Of a DNA stretch of 64,000 nucleotides, positions 52,566-63,300 are shown piece after piece. A program made the position numbers and the translations under genes. Position 1 is the stretch's first letter; each line of letters begins with the position of its first letter. A model generated the notes under the pieces. That model did no database searches. It was not told where the DNA came from and was given only the letters and a program-made list of their open reading frames with translations. Origin of the DNA: an uncultured delta proteobacterium (GTDB lineage: Bacteria > Myxococcota_A > Polyangia > Palsa-1104); assembly GCA_963785725.1 (NCBI GenBank), contig CAWAWS010000004.1, forward strand, positions 128,001-192,000, written 5' to 3'.

Positions 52566-55137
52566 TGCACGGCAATCCCATCGCCACGCTCGGTGATGCC
52601 GGGCTATTTCTGGCGCTCATCGTCTCCGGCTACGTCGTCGGCGCCGGTGTCGCGGGCGCGCGGCGGCAGGACCGCCGGCTCGTCCGCTCGGCCGTCTACG
52701 CGTCCTACGGCGCCACCGCGCTCATCACGTTCTCGTCGCTGGTGATGTGGTTCGCGCTGCTCTCCAACGACTACTCCATCAAGTACGTGCAGCAGCACTC
52801 GGACGCCTCGATGCCGTGGATCTACAAGATCACGTCGTTCTGGGGCGGGCTCGAAGGATCGATCGTCTGGTGGCTGCTCTTGCTGGCGCTGTTCTCGTCG
52901 CTGGCGATCTACGTCAACCGCGAGCGGCACAAAGAGCTGATCCCGTACGTGGCGGCGATCTCTGTACGTCGTCATCGGCTTCTTCTTGTTCCTCATCATC
53001 TTCCAGAAGCGGCCGTTCGACGTCTTCTTGACCGAGACGCCGCACAGCGGAAAAGGCCTCAATCCGCTCTTGCAGAACCCGTACATGGCGACGCATCCGC
53101 CGTCGCTGTATCTGGGGTTCGTGTCGGCGACGGTGCCGTTCGCGTTCGGTCTGGCGGCGCTCATCACCGGCAACCTCGACGACAGCTGGCTCGCATCGAC
53201 GCGGCGCTGGATGATCGTCTCTTGGTACTTCCTGTCGCAGGGCCTGATCCTCGGCATGCTGTGGGCGTACGAGGAGCTCGGCTGGGGCGGCTATTGGGCG
53301 TGGGATCCGGTCGAGAACGCGGGCCTCTTGCCGTGGCTGACGGCGACGGCGTTCTTGCACTCGATCATGATCCAAGAGCGGCGCGGCATGATGAAGGTGT
53401 GGAACGTCTCGCTCGTCATCATCACCTTCATCCTGACGATGCTGGGCACGTTCATGACCCGCTCCGGCATCGTTCAGTCGGTGCACGCGTTCGGTCAGGA
53501 TACGACGCTCGCCTATATCTTCATCAGCTTCATCGGCGTCGTCTTCATCTTCTCGTTCGGCTACGTCATCTATCGCTTGCCGCTCTTGCGCTCGCGTAAC
53601 GAGCTCGACTCGTGGATCTCGCGCGAGTTCTCGTTCCTCCTGAACAACTGGATTCTGCTCGGCTGCGCCTTCTTCATCCTCGTCGCGACCTTGTTCCCGA
53701 CGATCAGCGAATGGGCGACCGGCGAGCGCATCACCGTCGGCCCGCCGTTCTTCACCAAGTGGATGATGATTCCCGGCCTGACGCTCTTGTTCTTGACCGG
53801 CGTCGGACCGAACATCGCCTGGCGTAAAGCGTCGACGGAGAACCTGAAGGCGCAGTTCTTGGGCCCGTTCGCCGTGATGCTGCTGACCGGCATCATCCTC
53901 GCGTTCACGCCGCTCGGCGGCTGGAGCGAGTGGCACCTGTGGAAGTCGGCGGTGCTGAAGCTGCCGATCACCGCGCCGGTCTTGTGCTTCGCGCTGTCGG
54001 CGTTCGTCGTCACGACGATCACGCAGGAGTTCTACCGCGGCACGCGGGTGCGTCAGGCGCACACGAAGCTCGACTTCTTCACGTCGCTCATCGGCCTCGT
54101 CGCGCGCGGCAAGCGTCGTTACGGCGGCTACATCGTCCACATCGCCATCGTCCTCATGTTCGTCGGTTTCGCCGGCGACGCTTACAAACAAGAGGGCGAC
54201 TTCACGGTGTCGCAAGGCAAAGAGGTGACCCTCGGTCGCTACACCTTGCGCTACGACGGCGTCGAGCAGACGTCGTCGCCGGAGAAGGACATGACGACGG
54301 CGACGCTGCCGGTGTTCGTCGACGGCAAGCTGTACGCGACTATGCATCCGGCCAAGTGGGCCTTCCGCCATCACGAAGACGAGCCGCCGACGACCGAAGT
54401 CGACATGCATCGCACGGCGCGCGAGGACCTGTACGTCGTCTTGAACGGCGTCGACTCGCAGGCCGGCTTCGCCAACGTCAAGGTCGTCATCAACCCGCTC
54501 GTCGACTGGATCTGGGTCGGCTTCATGCTGCTCGCGTTCGGCACCATCATCGCGTACATGCCGGACCGCGCGTATGTGTTGGCGGGCGCGGCGGCCAAGT
54601 CAGACAAGACCAAAGCAGCGACGACGGCGACGCTCGTGATCTTCATGCTCGTCGGCCTCGGCTCGGTGGCGCGCGCGCAAGCGCCGGCGATGGCACCCAT
54701 GCAAGGCTCGCTGATGCATTCGGCGCGGTCGCCGCGCGAGCAGACGCTGTTCAGCAAGTACAAATGCGGCTGCGGCACCTGCACGCACTCGCTCGATCAG
54801 TGCGAGAGCGAGTGCGGCTCGGGCGAGATGCGGCGCGTCGAGATCCAAGGCTTCGTCGATCGCGGCCTGACCGACGACCAGATCAACGACCTCGAGATCA
54901 ACAAGTACGGCGAAGAGACGCTGCGGCTGCCGCTCGACAAAGGCTATCGACGCATTCTCTACATCTTGCCGCTGGGCGTGATCTCTGGGTGCCGTGGGCG
55001 TGCTCGTGCTGGTGGCGCGCCGCTCGTCGTCGTCCAAGTCGCCGACGCCCACGCCGCCTGTCACGAACGACAAGTCCGCCAAAGAAGACGATGACTACAA
55101 TGCCCGCCTCGACGACGAGCTCGACGAGCTCGACTAA
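52565..55137 (+). CDS. ccmF: Heme lyase CcmF with fused C-terminal CcmH-like Cys domain; frameshifts at ~52963 and ~54988
   Basis: WGGLEGS, GLNPLLQ...HPP, WAYEELGWGGYWAWDPVEN, TRSG..SVHAF, HIAI, NPLVDWIW; tail KCGCGTC...C...C...KYGE. Confidence 0.92.
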
Positions 55138-55140
55138 CGC

Positions 55141-55713
55141 GTGAGACGCTACGCTTATCCTGCCGTCGTCGTCGTCGTCGCCGCTGGCGTCGGTGTGTAC
55201 GCGGCTTCCGTCGGCGGTCGTGCATCGACGCCGTTTTTGGTCGCGGCCACGGCCGCGCTCGGCTGGATCTGCTGGCTCTTGTTCCGCGCGGCGGCGGCGC
55301 TCGTGCGCGAGCCCGACGTCGGCGACAACGTCGTCGCCACCGGCCGGCGGCGCAAAGAGCTGGAGCGCGAGAAACAGTCGCTCTTGAAGGCGCTCAAGGA
55401 GCTCGAGTTCGATCACGAGATGGGCAAGGTGTCGCAGAAGGACTTCGAGGACATCGGCGCGCTCTATCGCGCCCGCGCCATCGGCGTCTTGCGCCGGCTC
55501 GATGACGCCGGCGGCGACTATCAGAAGATGATCGCGGCCGACGTCGCCAAGCGCCTGAAGAAGGCGCCGGCCGCGACCGCGACGACGCCGGCGACGGCCG
55601 CCGAAGCCATCGCCGGCGACGGCTGCGCCAAGTGTCAGACGCGGAACGACGCCGACGCCGAGTTCTGCAAGAAGTGCGGATCCAAGCTGCACAACAGCGA
55701 GGCGGCGTCATGA
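55141..55713 (+). CDS. CcmI-like membrane protein with C-terminal zinc ribbon
   Basis: Two TMs, LKELEFD..MGKVS..DF, CAKC...FCKKCG. Confidence 0.75.
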   Translation: MRRYAYPAVVVVVAAGVGVYAASVGGRASTPFLVAATAALGWICWLLFRAAAALVREPDVGDNVVATGRRRKELEREKQSLLKALKELEFDHEMGKVSQKDFEDIGALYRARAIGVLRRLDDAGGDYQKMIAADVAKRLKKAPAATATTPATAAEAIAGDGCAKCQTRNDADAEFCKKCGSKLHNSEAAS

Positions 55714-57231
55714 AGCTGCGGGTGATCGTCGGTCTCGTGCTGCTGTCGTCGACTGTGTTGGCGCAGCCGATGATGATCGATCCGTCGAAGATGTCGGGGA
55801 TTCCGCGGCCCGATCCGCAGGTTCCGCCGGGCACGGTGACGGTGCGGCTCATTCGCGGCGAGCTGTCGAACCGCATGGTCGGCGTCGACGTCGGCCTCGC
55901 CAGCGCCGACGGCAAAGTCACGATCCAGAAGACGAACGACGAAGGGCGCGCGACCTTCAGCGGCTTGCAGATCGGCGCCACCTATCAGGCGCGCTCGACC
56001 GACGGCCTGCAGGAGCTGACGTCGCAGCCGATCGAGCTGCCGAGCTCGGCGGGCGTGCGCGTCATGCTGGTGTTCGCGGCCAAGCCGGGCGAAGGCGCTG
56101 CCGAAGGCCAGGCAGGCGCGGCGCCGGCCGGCGCCATGCCGACGACTGCAGCCGCCGCCAACGACAACGGCGTGGCCCATCCCGACAAGTCGCTGCCGGG
56201 CGGCACGCTGATCGTGCGCGCCGTCGGCGAAGGCGGCGTGCCGCTGCCCGACTTGACGGTCGTGCTCGGCCACGCGCGGCAGGGCGAAAAGGGCGTCCAA
56301 GAGCGCAAAGCCCAGACCAACAAAGACGGCGAGGCGAAGTTCGAAGGGCTCGATGCCAAGCCGACCTCGGGCTACCTCATCGAAGTGCAAAAAGAGGGCG
56401 CGCGCTTTCCGTCGCGGCCGTTCCGCTTGCAGGAAAACATCGGCATGCGCCTCAGCGTCGACGTGCGGCCGGTGTCGAAGGACTTGGGCGCGCTGCACAT
56501 CGGGCCGGGCTCGCACTTCATCATCGAGGTTGCGGACGATGTCGTGCAGATCTTCGAAGTGCTGCGGCTCATGAACACGTCGCAGAACGCCATCGATCCG
56601 GGGCCGGCCGGCTTGCATTTTCCGCTGCCGGACAAGGCGCTGCAGGCGCAGGCGGGGCAGCAGAGCTCGCCGTCCTTGCGCGTCGTCGGGCACGAAGGCA
56701 TTTGGACGGGCCCGATTCCGCCCGGCGACACCGAGCTGCAGATTCAGTTCATGCTTGCCTTACGAGGGCGGCGCGCTCGACATCGTGCAGCGGACGCCGG
56801 TCATGTTCGACGACTCGGCGGTGGTGACGGAGAAGATCGACGGCTTCAGCGTCGAAGGGCAGAACTTCACGGCCGAAGAGAAGGAGCTGCAAGGGCGCAA
56901 GCTCGTCCTCTATCGCGGCTCGGGCACGACGGCGAACGGCACGCTGGTGTTGCACCTGCTCGGCCTGCCGCACGCCGATCCGACGTGGCGCTACGTCTCG
57001 CTCGCGCTGTGCATTGCCTTCGTCATCGGCTTCGGCATCTACGCGTTCGGTCCCGGCACGCGCAAAAAAGGGCGCGAGAAGGCGCTCGTCGAGGAGCGCG
57101 AGCAGCTGCTCGGTCAGCTCGTCGCGCTCGAGCAAAAAGGCGGCGACGACGCCAAGCGCGCCAAGAAGCGCGAGCAGCTGACGGCGCAGCTGACGCGGAT
57201 CTATCGCGAATTGGACGAGGTCGGCCGCTGA
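55710..57231 (+). CDS. Secreted/membrane protein with two Ig-like (carboxypeptidase-regulatory-like) repeats; frameshift at ~56760
   Basis: Signal peptide, repeated GT(V/L)xVR...TNx(D/E)G.A.F.GL, C-terminal TM and coiled coil in ORF 56755..57231. Confidence 0.7.
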
Positions 57232-57980
57232 CGTTCGACGCCGTCGAGGCGCGCGGCCTGACGAAGGTCTACGGACGCCAGCGCGCGCTCGCCGGCGTCG
57301 ACTTGACCTTGCGCGCCGGCGAGGCGACGGCGCTGCTCGGGCCCAACGGCGCCGGCAAGTCGACGCTCGTCGGCATCCTGGCGACGCTGACCACGCCGTC
57401 GACGGGCGAAGTGCGCTACGGCGGCGCGCGCGCCGGCGACGACGACGACTTGCGGCGCGCCATCGGCGTCATCGCGCACGAGTCGCTCTGTTACGGCGAT
57501 CTGACGGGCCGCGAGAACCTGGAATTTTTCGCGCGTTTGTACGACGTCGCCGATGCGCGTAAAGCGGCGGCGTCGCTGCTCTCGCGCGTCGGGCTCGACG
57601 ACGCCGCCGGCCGGCCGGCGCGCACCTATTCGCGCGGCATGATGCAGCGCCTGGCGGTCGCGCGCGCGCTCGTCCATCAGCCGCAGCTGCTCTTGGCCGA
57701 CGAGCCGTTCACCGGCCTCGACCGCAGCGGCGTCGAGCTGTTGGCCACGCTGCTCGACGAAGAGCGCGCCCGCGGCTGCATCCTCGTCGTCGTCACGCAC
57801 GACTTCGACGCCGTGGCGCCGCTGATCGATCGCGTCGTCGTCTTGGCGCGCGGTCGCATCGCGCACGACGCGCCGGCGCCGTCGCCGCGCAGCCACGCCG
57901 CGCTCGCCGACGTCTACCGAACGGCGGTCGCCGGCGTCGCCGCCGCGCGCCCCGTCCGCCGCGTATCCGCGCTACAATGA
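57228..57980 (+). CDS. ccmA: Heme export ABC ATPase CcmA (start codon uncertain)
   Basis: GPNGAGKST, YSRGMMQR, LLADEP, VVTH; directly before ccmB. Confidence 0.88.
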   Translation: MTFDAVEARGLTKVYGRQRALAGVDLTLRAGEATALLGPNGAGKSTLVGILATLTTPSTGEVRYGGARAGDDDDLRRAIGVIAHESLCYGDLTGRENLEFFARLYDVADARKAAASLLSRVGLDDAAGRPARTYSRGMMQRLAVARALVHQPQLLLADEPFTGLDRSGVELLATLLDEERARGCILVVVTHDFDAVAPLIDRVVVLARGRIAHDAPAPSPRSHAALADVYRTAVAGVAAARPVRRVSALQ

Positions 57981-58660
57981 CGGCGATGCGCGCGCTCGGC
58001 CTGCTCCTGTGGAAGGACGTGCTCGTCGAGCTGCGCGCCAAGGAGCTGGTCTACGCCACGGTCTTCTTCGCGGCGGTGGTGCTGCTCGTGTTCTGCTTCG
58101 CGTTCTTGGGCGGCCCGAAGCCGACGGTCGACGTCGCCGCCGGCGTCTTGTGGGTGGCCATCGCGCTCGCGGGCACGATGGGCATCTCGCGCGCGTTCGA
58201 GCGCGAGCGCGAAGGCGACACCTTGCGCGCGCTCTTGCTCTCGCCGGCGCCGCGCGCGAGCTTGTACCTGTCGAAGCTGGCCGCGATCTCGCTGTTGATG
58301 GTGATCGTCGAGCTGGTGACGACGCTCTTGACCTCACTTTTGTTCGGCGTCTCGCTGCCGTCGGGAACAGTGTCGCTGGTCGCGCTGTTGCTGCTGGGGA
58401 CGGTCGGGTTCGCGGCGGTGGCGGCGCTCTTCGGCGCCTCGCTCGGCCGTGCCCGCTCGCGCGACGTGCTCTTGCCGCTGCTGGTTTACCCGCTCGTCGT
58501 GCCGGTGCTCATCGCCGGCACGCGCGGCACGAGCGCGCTGCTCGTCGGCGCCGAGCCGGCGGTCATCGCCTTCTGGCTGAAGTTTCTGTTGGTTTTCGAC
58601 GCCATCTTCGTATCGCTCGGCGTCTGGGTCTTCGAACCGCTCGTGGCAGGTGACGCATGA
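57977..58660 (+). CDS. ccmB: Heme exporter CcmB
   Basis: KDVLVELR, GVLW, FEREREGDTL, LLPLL.YPL..PVLI. Confidence 0.92.
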   Translation: MTAMRALGLLLWKDVLVELRAKELVYATVFFAAVVLLVFCFAFLGGPKPTVDVAAGVLWVAIALAGTMGISRAFEREREGDTLRALLLSPAPRASLYLSKLAAISLLMVIVELVTTLLTSLLFGVSLPSGTVSLVALLLLGTVGFAAVAALFGASLGRARSRDVLLPLLVYPLVVPVLIAGTRGTSALLVGAEPAVIAFWLKFLLVFDAIFVSLGVWVFEPLVAGDA

Positions 58661-59340
58661 AGCTGAGACCGTATTTCCTCGTCGTTCTGGCGCTGGCCAT
58701 GCTCGGCATGCTGGTGGCGCCGTCGCTCATCCTGTCGGCGCCGCGCGAAGCGACGATGGGACTCGTGCAAAAGATTTTCTACTATCACGTGCCCTCGGCG
58801 TGGACCTGCTTTCTGGCGACGTTCGTCTGCGCCTTCGGCAGCGGGCTCTACCTGTTCAAGGGCAGCGAAGCCGGCGATCGCTTGGCCGTCGCCGCCGCCG
58901 AGCTCACCGTGCTCTTCGGCCTGTGCACGCTCGTGACCGGCCCGTTGTGGGGACGCAAAGCCTGGGGCGTCTACTGGGTTTGGGACGTGCGCCTGACGAC
59001 GACGCTGCTCTTGTGGATGATCTTCATCGCCTACTTGTTCGCGCGTAAATATGGCGGCCCCGGCTCGAAGAAGCTCGCCGCCGGCCTCGCGCTCTTCGGC
59101 GCCGCCGACGTCCCGCTCATCTATTTTTCGGTCAGCATCTGGCGGACGATTCATCCGAAGACGAGCGTCGTGCCGTCGGTGTTGTCGCAGCCGGGGATGG
59201 CGATGCCGTTCATCGTCGCCATGTTGGCGTTCACGATCATGTTCTTCGCGCTCTTGGAAATGCGCGTCGGTCTCGAGCGAGCGCGGGCGCGTGTCGACGA
59301 GCTGCACCTGGCGGCGGAAGACGCCGGATTGGAAAACTGA
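58657..59340 (+). CDS. ccmC: Heme exporter CcmC
   Basis: IFYYHVPSAW, TGPLWGRKAWGVYWVWDVRLT (WWD domain), WRTIHP. Confidence 0.95.
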   Translation: MKLRPYFLVVLALAMLGMLVAPSLILSAPREATMGLVQKIFYYHVPSAWTCFLATFVCAFGSGLYLFKGSEAGDRLAVAAAELTVLFGLCTLVTGPLWGRKAWGVYWVWDVRLTTTLLLWMIFIAYLFARKYGGPGSKKLAAGLALFGAADVPLIYFSVSIWRTIHPKTSVVPSVLSQPGMAMPFIVAMLAFTIMFFALLEMRVGLERARARVDELHLAAEDAGLEN

Positions 59341-59341
59341 C

Positions 59342-59608
59342 ATGAAACGGCTATTTCAGGCGCTCTTGATCGTCTGCTTCTTGGGTGGCATCGCGTCGGC
59401 GCAGGCGCAGCCGAAGAAGGACGACGAAGGCTTCGAGGCGGTCAACGGCGACATGATGCAGTCGGGCGAGACCATCCCCGGCTCGCGGCTCGTCGGTCTC
59501 GCGTACGGGTTCATCTTCGTCGCCGTGTTGGTGTGGGTGGCGACGGTGGCGCAGCGTTCGCGCAAGCTCGAAGACGAGGTCGAGGCGCTGAAGAAGAAGC
59601 TCGGCTAA
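59342..59608 (+). CDS. CcmD-like small membrane protein
   Basis: AY..IF..VL.W TM followed by a coiled coil; follows ccmC. Confidence 0.65.
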   Translation: MKRLFQALLIVCFLGGIASAQAQPKKDDEGFEAVNGDMMQSGETIPGSRLVGLAYGFIFVAVLVWVATVAQRSRKLEDEVEALKKKLG

Positions 59609-59814
59609 TGCCGACGACGGCGCACTTCATTTACATTCCGGCGGTGTTGTCGCTGGGCGTCGTCATCGGATTCGTGTTGGGTGGACGCGCGGCGCGCGAT
59701 GCGCAAGTCGCGCAAGCGGCGCGCGAGGCCGCGCGCGCGGCGCGGCGGGCGGCCAAGGGGGCGACGGCGGCGGGCGCGAAGGATGGCGACGGCGGGACGT
59801 CGCAGCCGTCGTAG
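59608..59814 (+). CDS. Small single-TM hypothetical protein
   Basis: MPTTAHFIYIPAVLSLGVVIGFVLG; TAATG coupling to the upstream gene. Confidence 0.65.
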   Translation: MPTTAHFIYIPAVLSLGVVIGFVLGGRAARDAQVAQAAREAARAARRAAKGATAAGAKDGDGGTSQPS

Positions 59815-59876
59815 GCGTACGGCAGCGGACGTCGCAGGCTCGGTTGTCGCCGACGGTGAACCGCTCGGTGGAGATG

Positions 59877-60038
59877 ACGCGACCCGCGCGTCGCAGAGGT
59901 CGCTGGTACGCGACCCGCGCGTCGCAGAGGTCGCTGGTACGCGACCCGCGCGTCGCAGAGGTCGCTGGTACGCGACCCGCGCGTCGCAGAGGTCGCTGGT
60001 ACGCGACCCGCGCGTCGCGGACTCGCTACTACGCGACC
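59877..60038. repeat. Tandem repeat: 4 perfect 31-bp copies plus one degenerate and one partial copy
   Basis: ACGCGACCCGCGCGTCGCAGAGGTCGCTGGT at 59877, 59908, 59939, 59970; degenerate copy at 60001. Confidence 0.95.
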
Positions 60039-60139
60039 GCTCGTCGTCGCGGTCGAGAACACGCGAGCCGGTGAGCGGCCGGGCGGCGACGAGCAGTGTA
60101 CCGATGGGGCTGGTGTCGCAAGGGAGCCGGCAGGCGGAG

Positions 60140-60166
60140 GCGCGCGGGCGGGCTGTGCCCGCGCGC
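60140..60166. terminator. GC-rich hairpin between convergent genes (no U-tract)
   Basis: GCGCGCGGGC-N7-GCCCGCGCGC. Confidence 0.35.
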
Positions 60167-60332
60167 GCCGGAGCCCCGTCGTGCCGGCCATCGGTGGAGC
60201 GAGCAAAGCGGTGATTGGTTTATCGCGGGCTCGGTCTCGCAGCGCCGACGTTCGCCCCCAAACGCAGCGCTAGAGACGAGCACAGCCGCGCGCGGGGCCG
60301 CGGCTACATTGACCTCGCGGGGTGTGACGCGG

Positions 60333-63300
60333 TCAGCGGAGGTTGAAGTGCAGCGGCATGCGTTCGCCCGCCGACAGCGCGGGGACGTGCAGGCGGCGCA
60401 GCGAGTGGCCCGGCCGCTGAACGGTGACGACGTGCTCGACGCCCGGCTGCACGCTGACGGCCGCCGACGTGCCGAGGCCTTGCACGCGGCCGTCGACGGT
60501 GATGTTCGCCGGCGCGTCGGTGTGGATGACGAGCAGCGCGGTGCCGGCGGCGACGGGCGGCTCGGCGGCTTCGGTCGCGCCCGCATGGCTCGCGGCGGCC
60601 GATCGCGCGCCGGCGGCCGTCGGCGTCGTGGCGCCGCCCGGCGCGGCGTTCCCATCGGTGGCGGCGGTCGACGGCGACTTGACGATCGACGCGGCGGCAG
60701 TCGTGCCCGCGGCGTTCGGCGCTGCCGATCCCGCGCTCGGCGACGAGCCCGCGTTCGCTGGTGTAGCCGAAGACGGCGCGCCTGAAGTCTGCGCGGCGCC
60801 TGCATTCACGGACGTGGCGTTGGGCGACGAGCCCGTGCCATTCGGCGACGAGCGGTTTGCGGCCGCCGACGCGCCCGTTGCCGGCGCGCCAGTCGCGTTC
60901 GGCGCGCCCGCCGCCGGCGCGCCCGCCGCCGACGCGCCCGCCGCCGACGCGCCCGTCGCGTTCGTCGCGGCCGCTGCAGGCGAGCCGTTCGCGTTCGTCG
61001 CCGGCGAGCTGTTCGCGTTCGTCGCGCCGGCAACGTTCGGCGTCGCCGTCGGGTCGCCCGGCGCCACCGTCGGCGGCTCGCCGCTTGGCCACAGCGCGAC
61101 GAGCGCGACCGCCGCCACCGCCAGCGCCGCCGACGCCGCGACGAGCACGCGCTTGAGCGGCGGCGTCTTCGGCTCGGCCCACGCCGGATGCTTCAGCGTC
61201 GACTTCTCGGCGCCGAAGCGCTGCCCGTCGCTCGTCCGCGGACGCGCGATCGATCCCGTCGTCGGGCTCGTCAATAAGCCGCCACCGGGCACGGTCGCGC
61301 CGTCGTCGGCGAACTCTGCCAGCGGCGGCGGCGGCGTGGCGCGCGCGGCGGCGAGCAGCTCTTCCGAGGCCTTCGACGTCGGCCCGTCGGCATAGTCGGC
61401 GGAGACGGCGTGCTCGGTCGGTCCGTCGTCGAAGTGCGCGGGATCGACGGCCGACATCGCCGGCGTCGTCGGCGCCGACATTGCCGGCGTCGGCGTGACG
61501 GCCGGCGCGCTCGGCGGCGGCGGCGTCGCGCTCGCGGCCGTCGGTGGCGGCGGCGTACGCGGTCCGCCCCAACCAGCCGCCGACGGCATCGACCAGCCCG
61601 CCGCGCCCGGCATGACGCCGCCCGTCGGTGGCGGCAGCGTACCCGCGGCCGGAGTCGGCGCCCGCGGCGGCAGCGTACCCGCGGCCGGAGTCGGCGCCCG
61701 CGGCGGCAGCGTACCCGCGGCCGGAGTCGCCGCGCGCGCCGTCGGTGGCGCCGGCGTCGCGCTGCCCGTCGGCGCGCTCGCGTTGCCCGCCGATGCCGCA
61801 CTCGGCGCCGGCGAATGCGCCGCTGAACCGTCGGCAGCGCCCGACGACGCACCCGCTGCTCCAGCCGCATTCGAGGACGCGCCGGCTGCATTCGAGGACG
61901 CGCCGGCTGCATTCGGCGACGCGCCCGCCGGATTCGACGACGCGCCGGCTGCATTCGGCGGCGCGCCCGCATTCGGCGGCGACGCGCCCGCATTCGGCGG
62001 CGACGCGCCTGCATTCGGCGACGGCGCGCCCGTGGTGAACGGCGTGCCGAACGCCGGCGTGCCCCCTTTGGCCGCGCCCGCGAACGCCGCGTTCATCGCC
62101 GCCGACATCGCCGACGCCGTCGTCGGCGGTGGCGGCGTGCGCGTCGGCGGCGGCGGCGTGCGCGTCGGCGTAATCCGCGCAAGCGGCGACGGCGACTTCG
62201 TCAGCGGCGATGCCGCCGGCGGCTTGGCTACGCCCGGCAGATCCACCGCGATCGGCCCCGACACGCCGCGCGCCGACGGCAGCCCCGTCGACGGCGTCGG
62301 CCGATGCGTGATCGGCGACGGCCCCATCCACGAAATCGAGGTCTTCTCCTCGACCTTCAGCAGGAAATCCTCGAGCGACGCCAGCCCGGCCGCGCGAATG
62401 TCCTCGGCCTGCCGCTTCAGCTTCTTCGCGAACAGCCCGCGCATCCACTCCGACAGCGCCATCGCGTCCGCTTCCCAGCCGCTGGTACGAATGAGCGCCT
62501 CGAGCGCCGCGCGCAGCTCCTGCGCCGACTGAAAACGATCGTCGGGATTACGCTCCAGCGCCTTGACGATGATGCGGTTGAGCTCCACCGGCATCGTCTT
62601 GTCGATGGTGATGGGCGCGCGAATCGGCTCCTCCGCCACCGCCATCAGCGTCGCCATCTCCGTCGAACGCTTGAACAGCCGCTGCCACGTCACCATCTCC
62701 CACAGCAAAATCCCGGCGCAAAAGACGTCGGCGCGCGCATCGATGGGCAAGCCGCGCGCCTGCTCCGGCGACATATAGGCGTACTTGCCCTTCAAGAGGC
62801 CGGCTTGCGTCTGCGCGGCGTTGGCTTCGCGCGTGGCCTTGGCGATGCCGAAGTCGACGATCTTGACGCCGCCTTCGTAGGTGACGATGACGTTCTGCGG
62901 CGACACGTCGCGGTGCACGAGCCCGAGCGGCTTGCCGTCGGCGCCGGCGCGCGTGTGCGCGTAATGCAGGCCGGCCATGGCGTCGGCGAGGATGCGGCAG
63001 CACAGCCCGAGCGGCAGCCGCGCGCCGTGCTCGGTGGCCTCGCGAATGACCGCGCGCAGGTCCTCGCCGTGCACGTACTCCATGGCGATGAAGAACTGCT
63101 CGCCCAACTTCCCGAGGTCGAAGATCTGCACGACGTTCGGGTGATTCAGCCGCGCCGCCACGCGCGCTTCGTTGAGGAACATGCGCACGAACGAATCGTC
63201 GGCACAGAGCTGCGGCAGGATGCGCTTGACGACGACGAGCTTCTCGAAGCCCTCCATGCCCTCTTGTTTGGCCAGGAACAGCTCGGCCATGCCGCCTTCG

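Noticed and set aside
55632..57980. 782-aa fusion of an envelope protein to an ABC ATPase
   Set aside because: The middle is out-of-frame Arg-rich text caused by a frameshift near 56760; the real C-terminus is in 56755..57231 and ccmA is separate.
59877..60038. CRISPR array (31-bp palindromic repeat)
   Set aside because: Repeats are head-to-tail with no spacers; no leader or cas genes.
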